Positions 60,983 to 64,000 of a stretch of 64,000 bases of DNA are shown here, one piece after another. Source of the stretch: Chiloscyllium plagiosum. Taxonomy: Eukaryota. The number at the start of each line of letters is the position of its first letter. Position 1 is the stretch's first letter. Where the stretch lies: assembly GCF_004010195.1 (NCBI RefSeq), contig NC_057718.1, positions 34,144,384 through 34,208,383 of the forward strand, given 5' to 3'. The position numbers and the translations under genes are program-made. The notes beneath the pieces are model-generated. The model was not told the origin of the DNA. It made no database searches and saw only the letters and a list, made by a program, of their open reading frames with translations.

Positions 60983-62389
60983 TTAGAAGAGAAGTATAGT
61001 TGTAGATCCTTGGGAATGATCCTTGATAATCAACCTGTTTCATCAGCATGAAAGATATGAGGATGGGTGTGCGAGCAGTTGAAGCTCAGATCTCCTGGGG
61101 TTGGATGAATACGTGACAATTGTGACAGAGTGAGAGAGGTTGTAATCAGCAAAGGGGATGCCAGAGATGTTATGAAGAACATTGCTGCTCCTGTTGGATC
61201 ACAAGGAGTGCTATAAAAAGCACTTTGCGTCTGAAAGCAGCAGCTGCCTCCTCCACCCCCATGGGATCTTCTGAGCGAAGTATAAGTCAGACTTTCAATT
61301 ATACTGTGGGAACCCAATTTAACTGTCTTAATGGGGAATCCCCCCTCTCCAAGATAGGACATTTGCATGTCTCTTTGCATACTGTGTACTAATAACAATA
61401 GGGTTTTGGATTCATTCTTCAGTTTTTATGGTTCAATCCTCCTGTCATGCCTTCTCCTGCTCATTGGGGATGCAGGAGTTCATATTTCCATATGCCTGTG
61501 TTTTCTAACAAGCCACTTGCTAAATTTTTCTGACTATCCACATATATTACATGTACATACAGGATTTCCCAATCAGTCATGTCTCCAACAGATTTCTGCT
61601 AAGTTTATCAAATGCAACTTACTATTAACAAATTTGTAATTAATATGGAAATAGTTGTCATTGTTGCATGCTTTTTGTTCCTTTTGTGAAATTGTTATTT
61701 TAAGTGAGTTTCTAGACTGCAGAGGAAATATGAAATGTTTTTTGTAATATTTCTATATTCTGTAGAATTCAAAGCAGAGGTAGGATTCAAATGCAGGTTG
61801 TATTGCCCATGATATCACATTGAGCTCTTCCTTACTGCACTACCATTGCAACACTCTTTATCATATACAATGATCGGCTACATCACCAAAACATTGCAGA
61901 AATTCTTCTATTCTTGTCCAAACATCACTCTAACAACACAAACATAACCTAAATCTAAAATTATAGATCAAATATTGACCGAAAAAAACCGAACAGAATC
62001 AATAGAAAACAGGCCAGAACCCGACCTATTTATGCTATTTACTGTGCTGACTTTATAGTCCACAGGAAACCATCCTGTTCTTCTGTTGCTGAGTCAGACT
62101 CACAGAGTCCATAAATACAACAAACCAAACCACTGATTCTGAGATCTATCCCTGAAGAAACTGTTAAGGCACAGCAGCATTTTGGAGAAGTTCAAATCTT
62201 TTTTAAATTTCTAAATGGAGGCTTCAATCTGCTTTCAAAATAGTGCAACCAATTTGCAGGGAAAACTTCAGGGTAAAACTATACCCAAACAGATTGATTT
62301 CTCAATCTCTTGCTCCTGTGTAGTCTCTTCACTGAAGCATGATTAAGTTAGTTAGTCACAACCTTGGCTCGTTCCTTAAAGTTTTTAAA

Positions 62390-62740
62390 AATTCTCACAT
62401 GAGTTGTGGGTATCACTGGCAAAGTTGGCATTTATTGCTCATCCCAAATTGCCCCAAACCAATTGGCTCTCTAGGCCATTTCAGTCATCATTCAATCATA
62501 TTTCTGTGGGTCAGGAGTCACATGTAGGCCAGTCTGGTAAGGATGGCAGATTTCCTTCCCCAAAAGTGCCTTAGTGAACCAGATGTTTTTGTTTTACAAC
62601 AGTCGACATGATCACCATGAAATTTGCTTTTTTAATTCCAGATTTTACCGAGTTAAAATTTCACCATCTTCCTTAGTGGGATATATTGCCATGCCCCCCA
62701 AGCTTTAAACTGGACTCTAAATTACAACAAGGTCACTGCC
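62390..62740 (-). mobile_element. tRNA-derived SINE, second family
   Basis: Homologous to 8622-8965 and 47785-48120. Confidence 0.7.
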
Positions 62741-63097
62741 TCTTTACAGTCCACAATTTGAGCAAGTAATTTTATGTTGCTATTTTTAATTGCAGATTAA
62801 ACTGAGCGTAGAAATGACTGATTTCAGGTTCCAATCAATTAATGCCTTTTTCTTGTTTTGATTGACCTCTGGTATTAGTGGGCCAGGCTCATGTTAAGAA
62901 TGGAGTTGGACAGAGCCAAAACAATAGGAACCAACCAGCACACTACTTTCCTGACCCCTTTCCCAGGGCAGCTATTTTATGTGAAGCAGCTTGGGGGTCA
63001 GTTTCCTGAAATGAGGGGGCAGCTTAACTGTCTGGGAGGCAGGCAACAAATGTCGGGCTGGTGTTCCATCACAGCAGGCAGCCCTAAAGGCCCTCCT

Positions 63098-63165
63098 AGG
63101 TAAAAACAATGACTGCAGATGCTGGAAACCAGATTCTGGATTAGAGTGGTGCTGGAAAAGCACAG
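63098..63165 (-). mobile_element. Penelope terminus mini-insertion
   Basis: aggtaaaaacaatgactgcagatgctggaaaccag..., flanked by AAGGCCCTCCT at 63087-63097 and 63166-63176. Confidence 0.75.
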
Positions 63166-63654
63166 AAGGCCCTCCTGTCTGCCTTGGTGCAGGCAAAATC
63201 AAAGGTTGTGGGTTTAGAAGGATTCCGTTTTGGAAAAAAAAACTGAATGGAAGGTCACCTCCATGTTGGATTGCACTCTCAGTTTTTTGTCCCTATTACA
63301 GATTGTGGCCTCTTGAACTGGAAGACTTATGATTGGGCCTTCAGGTTCAAGATCTTGCCTGTCACCCATAAATGGACAGGGAACCTGCCTCCATGCTAAC
63401 TTCAGGGATAACCCAGGCAATATCTCGATTGATCCCCCCCCCGGGCAGGCCAGGGTCCTGTAAATTGCCCTGATTTCTGGTTCCTAACTCTGAAGTCATG
63501 AGACTCCTTTTTCGAGATGAACAGAGTTGCATGGAGTAGTCTAACAGAAGTCAGATGAAGATCTCTGCTATAAAATGTGATGAATTATGTTAGTCTGCTG
63601 TAAACATGGAACCAGGCTTTTCGATCGTACAATCAAACTGATCTCAAATAGGCA

Positions 63655-63920
63655 AAAACTCAAGTTTCTAATTTACCATTTCTCATTTATGCATCAGGAG
63701 TGTGATGAATACTCTCCAGTTGCTTGGATGAGTGCATCTGCAACAACACTCAAGACACCAACCAGAACATACAGCCTGCTAGACTGGCATCCCATCTATC
63801 ACCTTAAAAATTGACACACTCCGCAACGGATTCATAGTGACAGCAGACTGTTCCACCTGCAAGATAAACTGCAGCAACTCACCAAGGTGCCTTAGACAGC
63901 ACCTTCCAAACCCACAAATT
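63655..63920 (+). mobile_element. L2-clade LINE ORF2 3' relic
   Basis: EYSPVAWMSASATTLK motif followed by cttagacagcaccttccaaaccc. Confidence 0.6.
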
Positions 63921-64000
63921 TACCACAAATTAGCCAACAAGCAACAAATTATTTCATGAAAAATCTTGCGAAGTACTTCTTGAAAATCAAAAACTGCAAA

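Noticed and set aside
61205..61390. TATAAAAA at 61212 followed by CCCATGG and a short ORF
   Set aside because: No CpG island, no convincing splice donor and no homology; a lone TATA motif is expected by chance.
1..64000. CRISPR array, prokaryotic operon or defence system
   Set aside because: No regularly spaced repeat-spacer array and no gene-dense organisation; the content is vertebrate retroelement-rich DNA.

Overview
Eukaryotic, AT-rich, repeat-dense vertebrate DNA. It is almost certainly from a cartilaginous fish (shark), because it carries HE1-type V-SINEs, HER1/CR1 LINE tails, DeuSINE relics and shark-type Penelope elements. I could not identify any intact host protein-coding gene or exon, so the window looks intronic or intergenic. 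The dominant structure is a nested retroelement stack at 25.0-36.1 kb. An old CR1 LINE was interrupted by a Ty3/Gypsy LTR retrotransposon of the Gmr1 type (gag-PR-IN-RT-RH order, CTTG TSD, PPT, duplicated tRNA-Pro PBS). Its leader was hit by a 5'-complete L1 (12-bp TSD, poly-G/YY1 5' end, poly-A). The L1's RT region is in turn missing, and a Penelope terminus plus a young CR1 3' fragment sit in its place. More than ten Penelope-derived termini are scattered through the window. Many carry minimal hammerhead-ribozyme motifs (CUGANGA-A-stem II-GAAAC-GUC) from three sequence families. Several form about 200-bp fold-back cassettes or about 70-130-bp mini-insertions flanked by 11-17-bp direct repeats. 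A few repeat-free patches look like candidate regulatory elements or hairpins. All family assignments come from motif recognition by eye; no database search was run.
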